A stretch of 64,000 nucleotides of DNA from Clostridiales bacterium. Its GTDB lineage: Bacteria; Bacillota; Clostridia; Oscillospirales; CAG-272. This document shows, piece by piece, positions 49,201 to 58,386 of the stretch. The DNA is taken from positions 83,736 through 147,735 of the forward strand of contig JAAWQR010000001.1 of assembly GCA_022800625.1 (NCBI GenBank), read 5' to 3'. The notes beneath the pieces were generated by a model. It saw only the letters and a program-made list of their open reading frames with translations. It did no database searches and was not told where the DNA came from. The position numbers and the translations under genes were made by a program. Numbering within the stretch: the stretch's first letter is position 1; each line of letters starts with the position of its first letter.

Positions 49201-49922
49201 GAGCTGAGCCTGAAATAATTGTTATTAACAACCTCACATCAGCGGGAATCCGTGAAAGCGTTGACCGCTTTGCAAGAGAGATAAAAAATTCTCAGATCAT
49301 ATTTATTCCGGGCGGCTTCTCAGGCGGAGACGAACCTGACGGATCAGGTAAATTTATTACTGCATTCTTCAGAAATGCCGCAATAAAGGAAGGCGTCACT
49401 GAACTTCTTGAAAAACGCGACGGTCTTATGTGCGGTATCTGCAACGGCTTCCAGGCTCTAATTAAGCTCGGTCTTGTTCCTTACGGAAAAATCATTGATA
49501 CCGATGAGAACTGTCCTACCCTGACATTCAATAATATCTCCCGACACCAATCAAGGATCGTTCGCACTCGCATAGCGTCAAACAAATCTCCGTGGCTGGC
49601 AATGACTGAGGTCGGAGAGGTCTACTCTGTTCCGATCTCACACGGCGAGGGCAAATTCTTAGCGAGCGAAGAACTAATAGCTGAACTTGCACATAACGGT
49701 CAGATAGCTACTCAGTATGTTGACCTTGAAGGTGAAGCTGCAAGAGACGTTCACTTCAATCCCAATGGCTCAATGTATGCGGTAGAAGGCATTACATCGC
49801 CCGACGGCAGAGTTTTCGGTAAGATGGGACACAGTGAAAGAGTCGGTGACGGACTTTACAAGAATGTTCCGGGCAATTATGACATACGTATGTTTGAGTC
49901 GGCTGTACATTACTTTAAGTAA
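46224..49922 (+). CDS. purL: FGAM synthase, large single-chain form (PurL/S/Q fused)
   Basis: 1232 aa with [26 protein letters not shown] and a C-terminal GATase carrying [11 protein letters not shown]. The start overlaps the purD stop. Confidence 0.9.
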   Translation: [1232 protein letters not shown]

Positions 49923-49978
49923 CTTGTCGATAAAATTAATCCAATCTCTATTAAATTTGTGAAAGGAATTTGGGAGTA

Positions 49979-51655
49979 ATGGAATATAAATCAGATATTG
50001 AAATAGCTCAAAGCTGTCAGATGAAAAATATTACAGAAATTGCGGCTACTGCTCACGTTGATGAAAAGTATATCGAGCAGTACGGAAAATACAAGGCTAA
50101 GATCGATCCTGCAATTCTCCGTGAGACATCTCGCCACGACGGACATCTGGTGCTTGTTACCGCAATCACTCCTACTCCGGCAGGTGAAGGTAAGACTACG
50201 ACAACGATCGGTCTTGCAGACGGACTTCGCAGAATAGGAAAAGATGCCGTTGTAGCGCTCCGTGAGCCTTCTCTTGGTCCTGTTTTCGGAATTAAGGGCG
50301 GTGCCGCAGGCGGCGGATATGCTCAGGTGGTGCCAATGGAGGACATAAATCTCCATTTTACAGGCGATTTTCACGCAATAGGGGCAGCTAATAACCTGCT
50401 TGCAGCGATGCTCGACAATCACATTCATCAGGGCAATGCTCTCGGAATAGATGTAAGACGGATCACCTGGAAAAGATGTGTTGACATGAACGACCGTCAG
50501 CTCAGATTTATAGTTGACGGAATGGGTGGACGTGTAAACGGCGTTCCGCGTGAAGATGGATTTGATATTACAGTTGCTTCGGAAATTATGGCTGTTCTGT
50601 GCCTTTCAACATCAATCTCAGATCTCAAAGCTCGCCTTTCAAAAATTATTGTCGGATACACATTTGACGAGAAGCCTGTCACTTGCGGTGATCTGAAAGC
50701 AGAGGGCGCTATGACCGCGCTGCTTAAAGATGCAATAAAGCCGAATCTTGTACAAACGCTTGAAGGTACGCCTGCATTTGTTCACGGAGGTCCGTTTGCC
50801 AATATCGCGCACGGCTGTAACTCCGTTATGGCTACAAAGCTTGCTCTGAAAATGGGCGACTATGCTATCACCGAGGCAGGTTTCGGCGCTGATCTCGGCG
50901 CTGAAAAATTCCTTGACATTAAATGTCGCGCAGCAGGACTTACTCCCGATGCGGTTGTCGTGGTCGCTACTGTCAGAGCCCTCAAAATGCACGGCGGACG
51001 TGCTAAGAATGAGCTTGCAAATGAAGATATTGAAGCTTTGGAGCGCGGCATTCCCAATCTCCTGCGCCATGTTTCAAATATCAAAAACGTATATAAGCTT
51101 CCGTGCGTTGTTGCAGTAAACCGATTCCCTACCGATACTGATAATGAAATATCGTTTATCATAGACAAATGCCGCGAGCTTGGTGTTAACACCGTACTTT
51201 CAACTGTTTGGGCTGACGGCGGTGCTGGCGGCGAAGAGCTTGCGCATGAAGTCGTTCGTCTTTGCGAGAATGAAAAAGGCGACTTTACGTATGCTTATGA
51301 CACGGAAGGCAGCATTGAAAGTAAAATTGAAGTGATTGTCCGCAACATCTACGGCGGCGACGGTATAAGCATTATTCCTGCGGCAAAGAAGCAAATCGCA
51401 AAGCTTGAAGAGCTTGGTTTCGGCGGACTTCCGATCTGTATGGCAAAAACGCAGTACAGCTTTTCAGACGATGCGACAAAGCTTGGCGCGCCCGAGGACT
51501 TTACAGTTACCGTAAAAAATGTTAAAATATCCGCAGGCGCAGGTTTTGTGGTTGTAATGACCGGCGATATTATGACGATGCCCGGACTTCCTAAATCTCC
51601 TGCCGCCGAAAGAATCGATGTTGACGAAAATGGAAAGATTACAGGACTTTTCTGA
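49979..51655 (+). CDS. fhs: Formate-tetrahydrofolate ligase
   Basis: [17 protein letters not shown]-loop. The C-terminus is [12 protein letters not shown] at 49979 follows GGGAG. Confidence 0.95.
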   Translation: MEYKSDIEIAQSCQMKNITEIAATAHVDEKYIEQYGKYKAKIDPAILRETSRHDGHLVLVTAITPTPAGEGKTTTTIGLADGLRRIGKDAVVALREPSLGPVFGIKGGAAGGGYAQVVPMEDINLHFTGDFHAIGAANNLLAAMLDNHIHQGNALGIDVRRITWKRCVDMNDRQLRFIVDGMGGRVNGVPREDGFDITVASEIMAVLCLSTSISDLKARLSKIIVGYTFDEKPVTCGDLKAEGAMTALLKDAIKPNLVQTLEGTPAFVHGGPFANIAHGCNSVMATKLALKMGDYAITEAGFGADLGAEKFLDIKCRAAGLTPDAVVVVATVRALKMHGGRAKNELANEDIEALERGIPNLLRHVSNIKNVYKLPCVVAVNRFPTDTDNEISFIIDKCRELGVNTVLSTVWADGGAGGEELAHEVVRLCENEKGDFTYAYDTEGSIESKIEVIVRNIYGGDGISIIPAAKKQIAKLEELGFGGLPICMAKTQYSFSDDATKLGAPEDFTVTVKNVKISAGAGFVVVMTGDIMTMPGLPKSPAAERIDVDENGKITGLF

Positions 51656-51667
51656 TAGGTGATATTT

Positions 51668-53596
51668 GTGAATAAAGAATTTTTTAACTTCATCCGCGAA
51701 AAGCTTCTCGGGAATTTTAAAACAGTAATACTTGAAGCACGTGAGCGCAAGGTAGAATTATCGGAATTTGAATGTGTTGAGACGAAAAGCGGCATCTCCT
51801 GCCGCTTTTCGCCTGTAGGAAACGTAAAAAAATTAAACATAGACGCAGTTATATCAAAAAATTCGGTACTGTTTTCAATCGATGCCGAAATTGAACGGGT
51901 ATTCGGAGTTGCCGCAAGCTTTATTCCCGAAAAAACGCTTAATATGACGCTTGGTAACGGAATAAAGCCTGATGCGATACTTTCAAATTATCATGCTTCC
52001 CCTTGTTGGATGTATCCAACCTTTCATAACTCATTTGAAACACTGAAGCCGGAATCGCAATTTCTTTTGATAAAATGCGGTGATCTTCATTATCATATGA
52101 TGCCGCTGTGCGGTGATAATTTCAGATGCGAATTTGATTCCGAAGGACTTCATCTTACAACGGGAATGGCAGGAATGTACAGTTTTCACGGTTCTTTCCT
52201 TTCTGTGTCGGTCGCCGACGATCCATTTGAAGCTGTACGCTTCAATTATGAAGAAGCTCATGCGGCGGGCGGCATAACTATCCCCCTCAAATCAGAAAGA
52301 ACTCTGCCTGATATCTTCCGCGGCTTCGGCTGGTGTACCTGGAATACGTTCTATCGCGATGTAACGGACGAAAAAATATATAAAAAGCTTGATGAATTTA
52401 AGGAAAAACAAATTCCTTTAAGATGGTTGATAATCGACGATGGATGGCATTCAGTGAGAGATGAAAAACTCATCTCATTTAAAGAAGATCCCGAGAAGTT
52501 CCCCGAAGGACTTAAGGCTTGCATAGAGCGCATTAAGAAAGATTACGGTATAAAATATGTCGGTCTGTGGCATGCTCATAACGGCGGATATTGGTATGGT
52601 GTTGACAGAGAAAGCGAGCTTTATGCGGAACAAAAGAATAATCTGTTTATCAACGTATCGGGAATGGCTCTTCCCTCTCTTGACGTGGATCGCGCAGCCG
52701 CATTTTGGGACGCATGGCATTCATATCTCAGAAGCTGCGGCGTTGATTTTCTGAAAATCGACAATCAAAGCTCTGCAACTCCGTATCTTGAAGGCTCTGT
52801 TCCGACGGCAAGCGGCGTGCGAGCAAGTCACGAAGCTCTTGAAATTTCTACCGAAAAGAATTTTGACGGCGCATTTATTAACTGTATGGGTATGGATATG
52901 GAAAATGTCCTCTCTCGTCCCCATTCCGCACTTTCCCGTAACAGCGATGACTTTTTCCCTAATAAAGAAAGAGGATTTGTAGATCACTTACTTCAGAATG
53001 TTTATAATGCAATATGGCACGATCAGCTTTACTACTGTGACTTTGACATGTGGTGGTCAAGGCATGAATCGGCAATTCAAAGCGGTGTTCTGAGAGCGAT
53101 AAGCGCATCTCCTATATATGTAAGCGACGCCATGAACGAAACGGATGCTGAAACTATTTTCCCGACTATCGAGGACAACGGAGATGTTATGATGTGTGAC
53201 GGTGCAGCGAAACCTACGCTTGACTGCATATACTCAGATTGCCGCAAATCGGGAAAGCTTCAGAAAATATGGAACAGAAGCGGCGAATGCTTTGCAGAAG
53301 CTTTATTTAATGTTTCCGACGGTCAAATTACAGATACATTTGAGCTTTCTCAAATTCCGGGTGTAAATACAAAAACAGAGTATATTGCATACGAATATTT
53401 TGAAAAGAAATTTTCTCGCATATCCGTATTACACAGTATTGAAGTATCGCTCCCACGCGACGGTGTTGCCGTATATTCTGTTTATCCTGTTAAATCAGAT
53501 GAAAATGGCGAATTTATAATGCTCGGAAATACTGATAAATATGTTCCGATAGCTTCAAAGAATAAGAAAAAAGTCTATCTGAACGAAATACTGTAA
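51668..53596 (+). CDS. Raffinose-synthase/Sip1-type alpha-galactosidase family protein (GH36 clan)
   Basis: GFGWCTWNTFY, LIIDDGW, VDFLKIDNQ, INCMGM, SRNSDDFFP, CDFDMWWSRH and ISASPIYVSD match the family signature blocks. GTG at 51668 is 5 nt after AGGTGA, which overlaps the fhs stop; the alternative GTG is at 51659. Confidence 0.8.
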   Translation: MNKEFFNFIREKLLGNFKTVILEARERKVELSEFECVETKSGISCRFSPVGNVKKLNIDAVISKNSVLFSIDAEIERVFGVAASFIPEKTLNMTLGNGIKPDAILSNYHASPCWMYPTFHNSFETLKPESQFLLIKCGDLHYHMMPLCGDNFRCEFDSEGLHLTTGMAGMYSFHGSFLSVSVADDPFEAVRFNYEEAHAAGGITIPLKSERTLPDIFRGFGWCTWNTFYRDVTDEKIYKKLDEFKEKQIPLRWLIIDDGWHSVRDEKLISFKEDPEKFPEGLKACIERIKKDYGIKYVGLWHAHNGGYWYGVDRESELYAEQKNNLFINVSGMALPSLDVDRAAAFWDAWHSYLRSCGVDFLKIDNQSSATPYLEGSVPTASGVRASHEALEISTEKNFDGAFINCMGMDMENVLSRPHSALSRNSDDFFPNKERGFVDHLLQNVYNAIWHDQLYYCDFDMWWSRHESAIQSGVLRAISASPIYVSDAMNETDAETIFPTIEDNGDVMMCDGAAKPTLDCIYSDCRKSGKLQKIWNRSGECFAEALFNVSDGQITDTFELSQIPGVNTKTEYIAYEYFEKKFSRISVLHSIEVSLPRDGVAVYSVYPVKSDENGEFIMLGNTDKYVPIASKNKKKVYLNEIL

Positions 53597-53604
53597 ACAT
53601 AAGA

Positions 53605-53652
53605 ATCAAGATGTACATATTTGCATATGTGCGTCTTGATTTTTTATTTTTT
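53605..53652 (+). terminator. Strong intrinsic terminator ending the pur-fhs-GH36 transcription unit
   Basis: 16-bp stem atcaagatgtacatat (53605-20) / atatgtgcgtcttgat (53625-40) with two G-U pairs and loop ttgc, followed by ttttttatttttt. Confidence 0.85.
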
Positions 53653-53679
53653 CTTAATCTTTTGGGACGTTGTAAGACA

Positions 53680-53708
53680 TTGAAAAAGACTGTGCTTTAT
53701 GATATCAT
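53680..53708 (+). promoter_or_regulatory. Sigma-A-type promoter for the two-component system
   Basis: TTGAAA (53680-85), a 17-nt spacer, then TGaTATCAT (-10 at 53703-08). Confidence 0.45.
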
Positions 53709-53738
53709 AAATATACAGCTAAAAAAGGAGAGTGCATT

Positions 53739-54410
53739 ATGTACAGAATGTTTGTAATTGAAGATGACGCTGTAATCTCGGAATCTATAGCAAGGCTCGG
53801 CAAAATGTGGAATCTGACTGTAAAGTGCCAGACCGATTTTCTGAATATTATGAGTGATTTTGCGTCGTTTGATCCCCATATTGTTCTTATAGATATCTCT
53901 CTTCCCTTTTTTAACGGATATCATTGGTGTGAAGAAATAAGGCGAGTATCCAAGGTCCCTGTAATATTTATATCCTCCGCCGCGGATAACATGAATATTG
54001 TAATGGCAATGAGCTTAGGTGCTGATGATTTTATTGCTAAACCGTTTGACGGTGAGGTACTCATGGCAAAGGTACAAGCTATGCTTCGCCGCACATATGA
54101 TTTCTCTTCTTCCATTCCGATACTTGAACATAGAGGAGCACTGCTTAATACATCGGACGGTTCTCTTGTTTATAACGGTGAAAAGATCGATCTTACAAAA
54201 AACGAGTACAGAATTTTATTATCGCTGATGAGATGTAAAGGCAAAACCGTAAGCCGTGAAAAGCTCATGGAGCAGCTATGGGAAAGCGAAAGCTTTATAG
54301 ATGAAAATACGCTCACGGTAAATGTAGGAAGACTCAGGCGCAAGCTTGATTCAGTCGGTCTGAAAGAATTTATAACTACAAAATTCGGTGTTGGATATAT
54401 TATTGAATAA
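53739..54410 (+). CDS. OmpR-family response regulator, BceR-like
   Basis: 223 aa with a receiver domain (MFVIEDD...HIVLIDISLP...GADDFIAKPF) and a winged HTH (LTKNEYRILLSL...TLTVNVGRLRRKL). Confidence 0.85.
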   Translation: MYRMFVIEDDAVISESIARLGKMWNLTVKCQTDFLNIMSDFASFDPHIVLIDISLPFFNGYHWCEEIRRVSKVPVIFISSAADNMNIVMAMSLGADDFIAKPFDGEVLMAKVQAMLRRTYDFSSSIPILEHRGALLNTSDGSLVYNGEKIDLTKNEYRILLSLMRCKGKTVSREKLMEQLWESESFIDENTLTVNVGRLRRKLDSVGLKEFITTKFGVGYIIE

Positions 54411-54421
54411 AAAGGATATAT

Positions 54422-55417
54422 ATGAATATCAAAAAATTCTTCTCATATATAAGGTACAAACGTACGCTTATTATATTCTCTCTTTTATTTATTATCATAT
54501 TTTCCGTCTCATTTATGCTGTATGGCCTTCCGATAGCTGCCGTTATCTATCCATCTCTCCTTTGTATTGCGATTGCTGCAGTTGTTTCTGTTATACAATT
54601 CAGGCATACTGCTGCTTCGATTTCGGCTTGCAGCAAGATTGAAGGATTTCTTGATGTTACTCGGGACACACTGCCGGAGCCTGACGGGGTAATAGCCGAA
54701 AACCTCCGAAATATAGCCTTACTGCTTTGCGATGAGGCTGAAAACCGTGAAAATATTTTTAATCGAAAATATGCAAACATGATAGACTATTATACGGCAT
54801 GGGCGCATCAGATAAAAACTCCTATTGCGGCAATGCGTCTTATATTGCAAAATGAAGATTCAAATGCGTCAAGACAGCTCACCGTCGAGCTTAACAGAAT
54901 AGAACATTATGCGGAAATGGTTATGATATATTTAAGACTTGATTCCGATTCTACCGATTATGTTTTTGCCGAACATGATATAAGCGATCTTGTCAAGGAA
55001 TGCGTTAAAAGCTTTTCCTCAGAATTTATTATTAAGGGCTTAAGTATAAAATGCAATATTCCGCATACTGCTGTCTTAACGGACAAGAAATGGCTGATGT
55101 TTGTAATAGAGCAGTTACTCTCAAACGCGCTGAAATATACCGAAAGAGGAGAGATAAGCATATCTCTGAACGAAAAGGACATCCTTTCGGTGAGCGACAG
55201 CGGTATCGGAATTGCTCCCGATGATCTGCCGCGAATCTTTGAAAAAGGCTTTACGGGAAAAAACGGCAGAGAATATATGAGGGCAAGCGGACTTGGACTG
55301 TATTTATGCCGCATGATATGCAACAATCTCGGACATGGCATATCTGCCGAATCCGATGTCGGCGTCGGTACTTCAATAAAGCTCGATTTGTCTCGCAAGA
55401 AGCTTGAAATCGAATAA
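54422..55417 (+). CDS. Intramembrane-sensing histidine kinase, BceS-like
   Basis: 331 aa with two N-terminal TM helices separated by a minimal loop, H-box AWAHQIKTPIAAM, N-box LLSNALKYT, and G-boxes DSGIGI and GLGLYLC. Confidence 0.85.
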   Translation: MNIKKFFSYIRYKRTLIIFSLLFIIIFSVSFMLYGLPIAAVIYPSLLCIAIAAVVSVIQFRHTAASISACSKIEGFLDVTRDTLPEPDGVIAENLRNIALLLCDEAENRENIFNRKYANMIDYYTAWAHQIKTPIAAMRLILQNEDSNASRQLTVELNRIEHYAEMVMIYLRLDSDSTDYVFAEHDISDLVKECVKSFSSEFIIKGLSIKCNIPHTAVLTDKKWLMFVIEQLLSNALKYTERGEISISLNEKDILSVSDSGIGIAPDDLPRIFEKGFTGKNGREYMRASGLGLYLCRMICNNLGHGISAESDVGVGTSIKLDLSRKKLEIE

Positions 55418-55425
55418 AACGGATT

Positions 55426-55441
55426 CTTACAGAAATGTAAG
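55426..55441. promoter_or_regulatory. Candidate BceR-type response-regulator binding site (inverted repeat CTTACA-GAAA-TGTAAG)
   Basis: A perfect 6-4-6 inverted repeat read directly, 30 bp upstream of the putative -35. It fits the TNACA-N4-TGTAA pattern I recall for BceR-like regulators. Confidence 0.5.
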
Positions 55442-55471
55442 ATTTGACGGGAGAAATGTTAGTACATTCAA

Positions 55472-55500
55472 TGGAAATCATCTCTCCCGTCAGCTATAAT
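55472..55500 (+). promoter_or_regulatory. Putative promoter of the ABC transporter genes
   Basis: TGGAAA (55472-77), a 17-nt spacer, then TATAAT (55495-500). The weak -35 is consistent with activator dependence. Confidence 0.45.
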
Positions 55501-55560
55501 ATCTTTGTAAACGAAAAATTGCAAGGCTCAGCTTTTGCAAAATAAGAAAGGATCGATTTT

Positions 55561-56325
55561 ATGAGCATACTTGAAGTACAGGGAGTCAAAAAGGTATATA
55601 CAACCCGCTTCGGAAATAACAAGGTTGAAGCGCTGAAAAATATTACATTCAGCGTTGAAAACGGAGAATATGTCGCAATAATGGGAGAATCAGGCTCGGG
55701 TAAAACCACTCTTCTGAATATCCTTGCAGCGCTTGACAGACCGACATCGGGATCCGTTATACTTGACGGAATGCCGCTTTACAGCATTAAAGAATCAAAA
55801 ATTGCAGAATTCAGGCGGGATAATTTAGGATTTGTCTTTCAGGATTTTAATTTGCTTGATACGTTTACACTTGAAGATAATATATATCTTCCGCTTGTTC
55901 TTGCAGGAAAAAATTACGGAGAGATGCATAATCGTCTTATTCCGATAGCTAAGACTCTCGGAATAACCAATCTGCTGTCAAAATATCCATATGAGGTATC
56001 AGGAGGACAAAAGCAGAGAGCAGCGGTAGCGAGAGCGCTTATAACCAAACCTAAGCTGATTCTTGCAGACGAACCGACGGGAGCGCTCGACTCTAAGGCG
56101 ACAGATGAGCTTCTCGGATTATTCAGTGAGATAAACGCTCTCGGCCAGACAATAGTTATGGTAACTCATTCTGTTAAAGCTGCAAGCCATGCAGGTCGCG
56201 TAATGTTTATAAAAGACGGCGATGTATTCCATCAGATTTATCGCGGAAATTCAACAAGAGAAGAGCTTTACGGAAAAATTTCGGATACTCTCACTTTACT
56301 TGCGACAGGCGGTGAGCATAAATGA
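55561..56325 (+). CDS. ABC transporter ATP-binding protein, BceA/MacB-type
   Basis: Walker A GESGSGKTT, signature VSGGQKQR, Walker B LILADEPTGALD. Confidence 0.9.
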   Translation: MSILEVQGVKKVYTTRFGNNKVEALKNITFSVENGEYVAIMGESGSGKTTLLNILAALDRPTSGSVILDGMPLYSIKESKIAEFRRDNLGFVFQDFNLLDTFTLEDNIYLPLVLAGKNYGEMHNRLIPIAKTLGITNLLSKYPYEVSGGQKQRAAVARALITKPKLILADEPTGALDSKATDELLGLFSEINALGQTIVMVTHSVKAASHAGRVMFIKDGDVFHQIYRGNSTREELYGKISDTLTLLATGGEHK

Positions 56326-58349
56326 AAGCAGGTTTCTATCCAAAGCTCGCATGGACAGGGATAAAGAAAAATAAACGCATGTATCTGCCGTACATTATGA
56401 CATGTTCCGGCATGGTCATGATGTATTATATTATATCGTATCTTACAGAGTCATCTATTCTCAGCCTTATGCCCGGCGGAGACGTCATGCAAACTATATT
56501 GACTCTTGGTTCGGGAATAATAGCCGTATTTTCAGTTATATTTTTATTCTATACAAATTCATTTTTAGTTAAGAGACGAAAAAAAGAGTTCGGCTTATAT
56601 AATATATTAGGTATGGACAAAAAGAACATTTCGTTTGTAATATTATGGGAAACGGTAATATACGCGCTTATGTCTCTTATCCTCGGAATTCTCAGCGGAA
56701 TACTCTTCTCAAAGCTTGCAGAGCTTGTCCTTGTAAATATCGTTCACGGAAAGATCACATATACACTCACAGTATCTATAGATTCTATATTCAGTGCGTT
56801 GATCCTCTTTTCGGGAATATTTGTTTTATTATTCCTTAACACCCTGAGACAGGTTCACATGGCAAATCCGATAGCACTGATGCACAGTGATAATGTCGGA
56901 GAAAAACCGCCTCGCGGAAATGTACTGTTCGGTATTCTCGGACTCGTAATTTTGATTGCAGCATACATAATTGCAGTAAGCATAGAAGATCCCGTATCAG
57001 CGCTTGCATTATTCTTTGCAGCGGCAATAATGGTAATCGCCGCAACTTATCTGATTTTTATTTCAGGCTCTGTCCTGCTGTGCAGACTTCTTCAGAAAAA
57101 TCGCAAATATTACTATAAAGCCAATCATTTTGTTTCAGTCTCATCAATGACATACAGAATGAAACGGAACGGCGCCGGACTTGCTTCTATCTGTATACTT
57201 GCAACGATGGTTCTTGTTATGATAGCCTCAACTACTGCTCTGTATGTAGGAGAGGAGGACAGTCTCCGTTCAAGATATCCGAATGATTTTGCGATTGAAA
57301 CCAATCTTCTTGATGATGAGGATACACCTGTCGATCCCGAAAATAAAGTTCCCGCTATTATCAGCGAAGCTGTAAAAAACGCTGCCGATACATTTGCTCT
57401 TAATCCCCAAAATTCAAAAGAATATACTTTTGCAGGCACAAGCGCTTTGATAAGCGAAGGGCGTATGGTATTTAACTCGGCAAGTCTTGATTTTAATGAC
57501 TATTGGCAGATATATTTTATCGGCATTGACGATTACAATGCAATGAGCGGACAAAATATAGTTTTGGGCGAGCATGAAGCGCTTGTTGCTCCGTACAGAG
57601 AAGATTACAAATTTGATAAATTTAATGCAGGCTCACTTTCATTCGGAGTAAGAAAGATAGAAAATGATTTTCTTGAAAGCGGCAGCGCCGCAATGAGTCT
57701 TATTCCGACGCTAAATGTTATTGTGCCGAACCTTGAGGAAATAATAAATGAATCCATTCAGAGCGGAGAAATGGGGCTGGCTGTAAAATACAGATACTCT
57801 TTTGACACAGAAGCTGATACTGAGACTCAAATCGAGGCACAGAATTCGCTCTATTCTTCGCTGAAATCGTCTGTAAAAAATGAATTCGGAGAAGATCACA
57901 GTATATCTGTCGATAACAGAGCGGCTCAAAGAGAAAACTTTTATTCACTGTTCGGTTCCCTGCTTTTTCTCTGTATAGTGCTGAGCGTTGTATTTATTTT
58001 TGCAGCAGTTCTTATAATCTACTACAAGCAAATATCTGAAGGATATGAGGACAGAAGCCGTTTTGAAATTATGCAAAAGGTCGGAATGACTAAAAAAGAA
58101 ATTAAACGCAGCATAAATTCACAGCTTCTGACGGTATTTTTTATGCCGCTGATCACAGCAGGAATACATCTGATATTTGCATTTCCCATGATTCATAAAA
58201 TGCTGATGCTGTTTAATCTTATGAATCTGCCCCTGCTTATCGGAACGACGATCGTAAGCTTTATAATTTTTGCAGTATTCTATACATCAGTCTACAGGAT
58301 AACCTCAAATTCCTATTATTCAATTGTAAGCGACTCTGCGTCCGAATAA
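56322..58349 (+). CDS. FtsX-family ABC permease, BceB-type (about 10 TM with a large extracellular domain)
   Basis: 675 aa, overlapping the ATPase stop by 4 nt. Hydrophobic blocks flank a roughly 230-aa hydrophilic region (about aa 310-540), which is the BceB architecture. Confidence 0.85.
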   Translation: MKAGFYPKLAWTGIKKNKRMYLPYIMTCSGMVMMYYIISYLTESSILSLMPGGDVMQTILTLGSGIIAVFSVIFLFYTNSFLVKRRKKEFGLYNILGMDKKNISFVILWETVIYALMSLILGILSGILFSKLAELVLVNIVHGKITYTLTVSIDSIFSALILFSGIFVLLFLNTLRQVHMANPIALMHSDNVGEKPPRGNVLFGILGLVILIAAYIIAVSIEDPVSALALFFAAAIMVIAATYLIFISGSVLLCRLLQKNRKYYYKANHFVSVSSMTYRMKRNGAGLASICILATMVLVMIASTTALYVGEEDSLRSRYPNDFAIETNLLDDEDTPVDPENKVPAIISEAVKNAADTFALNPQNSKEYTFAGTSALISEGRMVFNSASLDFNDYWQIYFIGIDDYNAMSGQNIVLGEHEALVAPYREDYKFDKFNAGSLSFGVRKIENDFLESGSAAMSLIPTLNVIVPNLEEIINESIQSGEMGLAVKYRYSFDTEADTETQIEAQNSLYSSLKSSVKNEFGEDHSISVDNRAAQRENFYSLFGSLLFLCIVLSVVFIFAAVLIIYYKQISEGYEDRSRFEIMQKVGMTKKEIKRSINSQLLTVFFMPLITAGIHLIFAFPMIHKMLMLFNLMNLPLLIGTTIVSFIIFAVFYTSVYRITSNSYYSIVSDSASE

Positions 58350-58386
58350 AATATTTCCGCTTAGGCAAAAAATATGTCGATTACTA

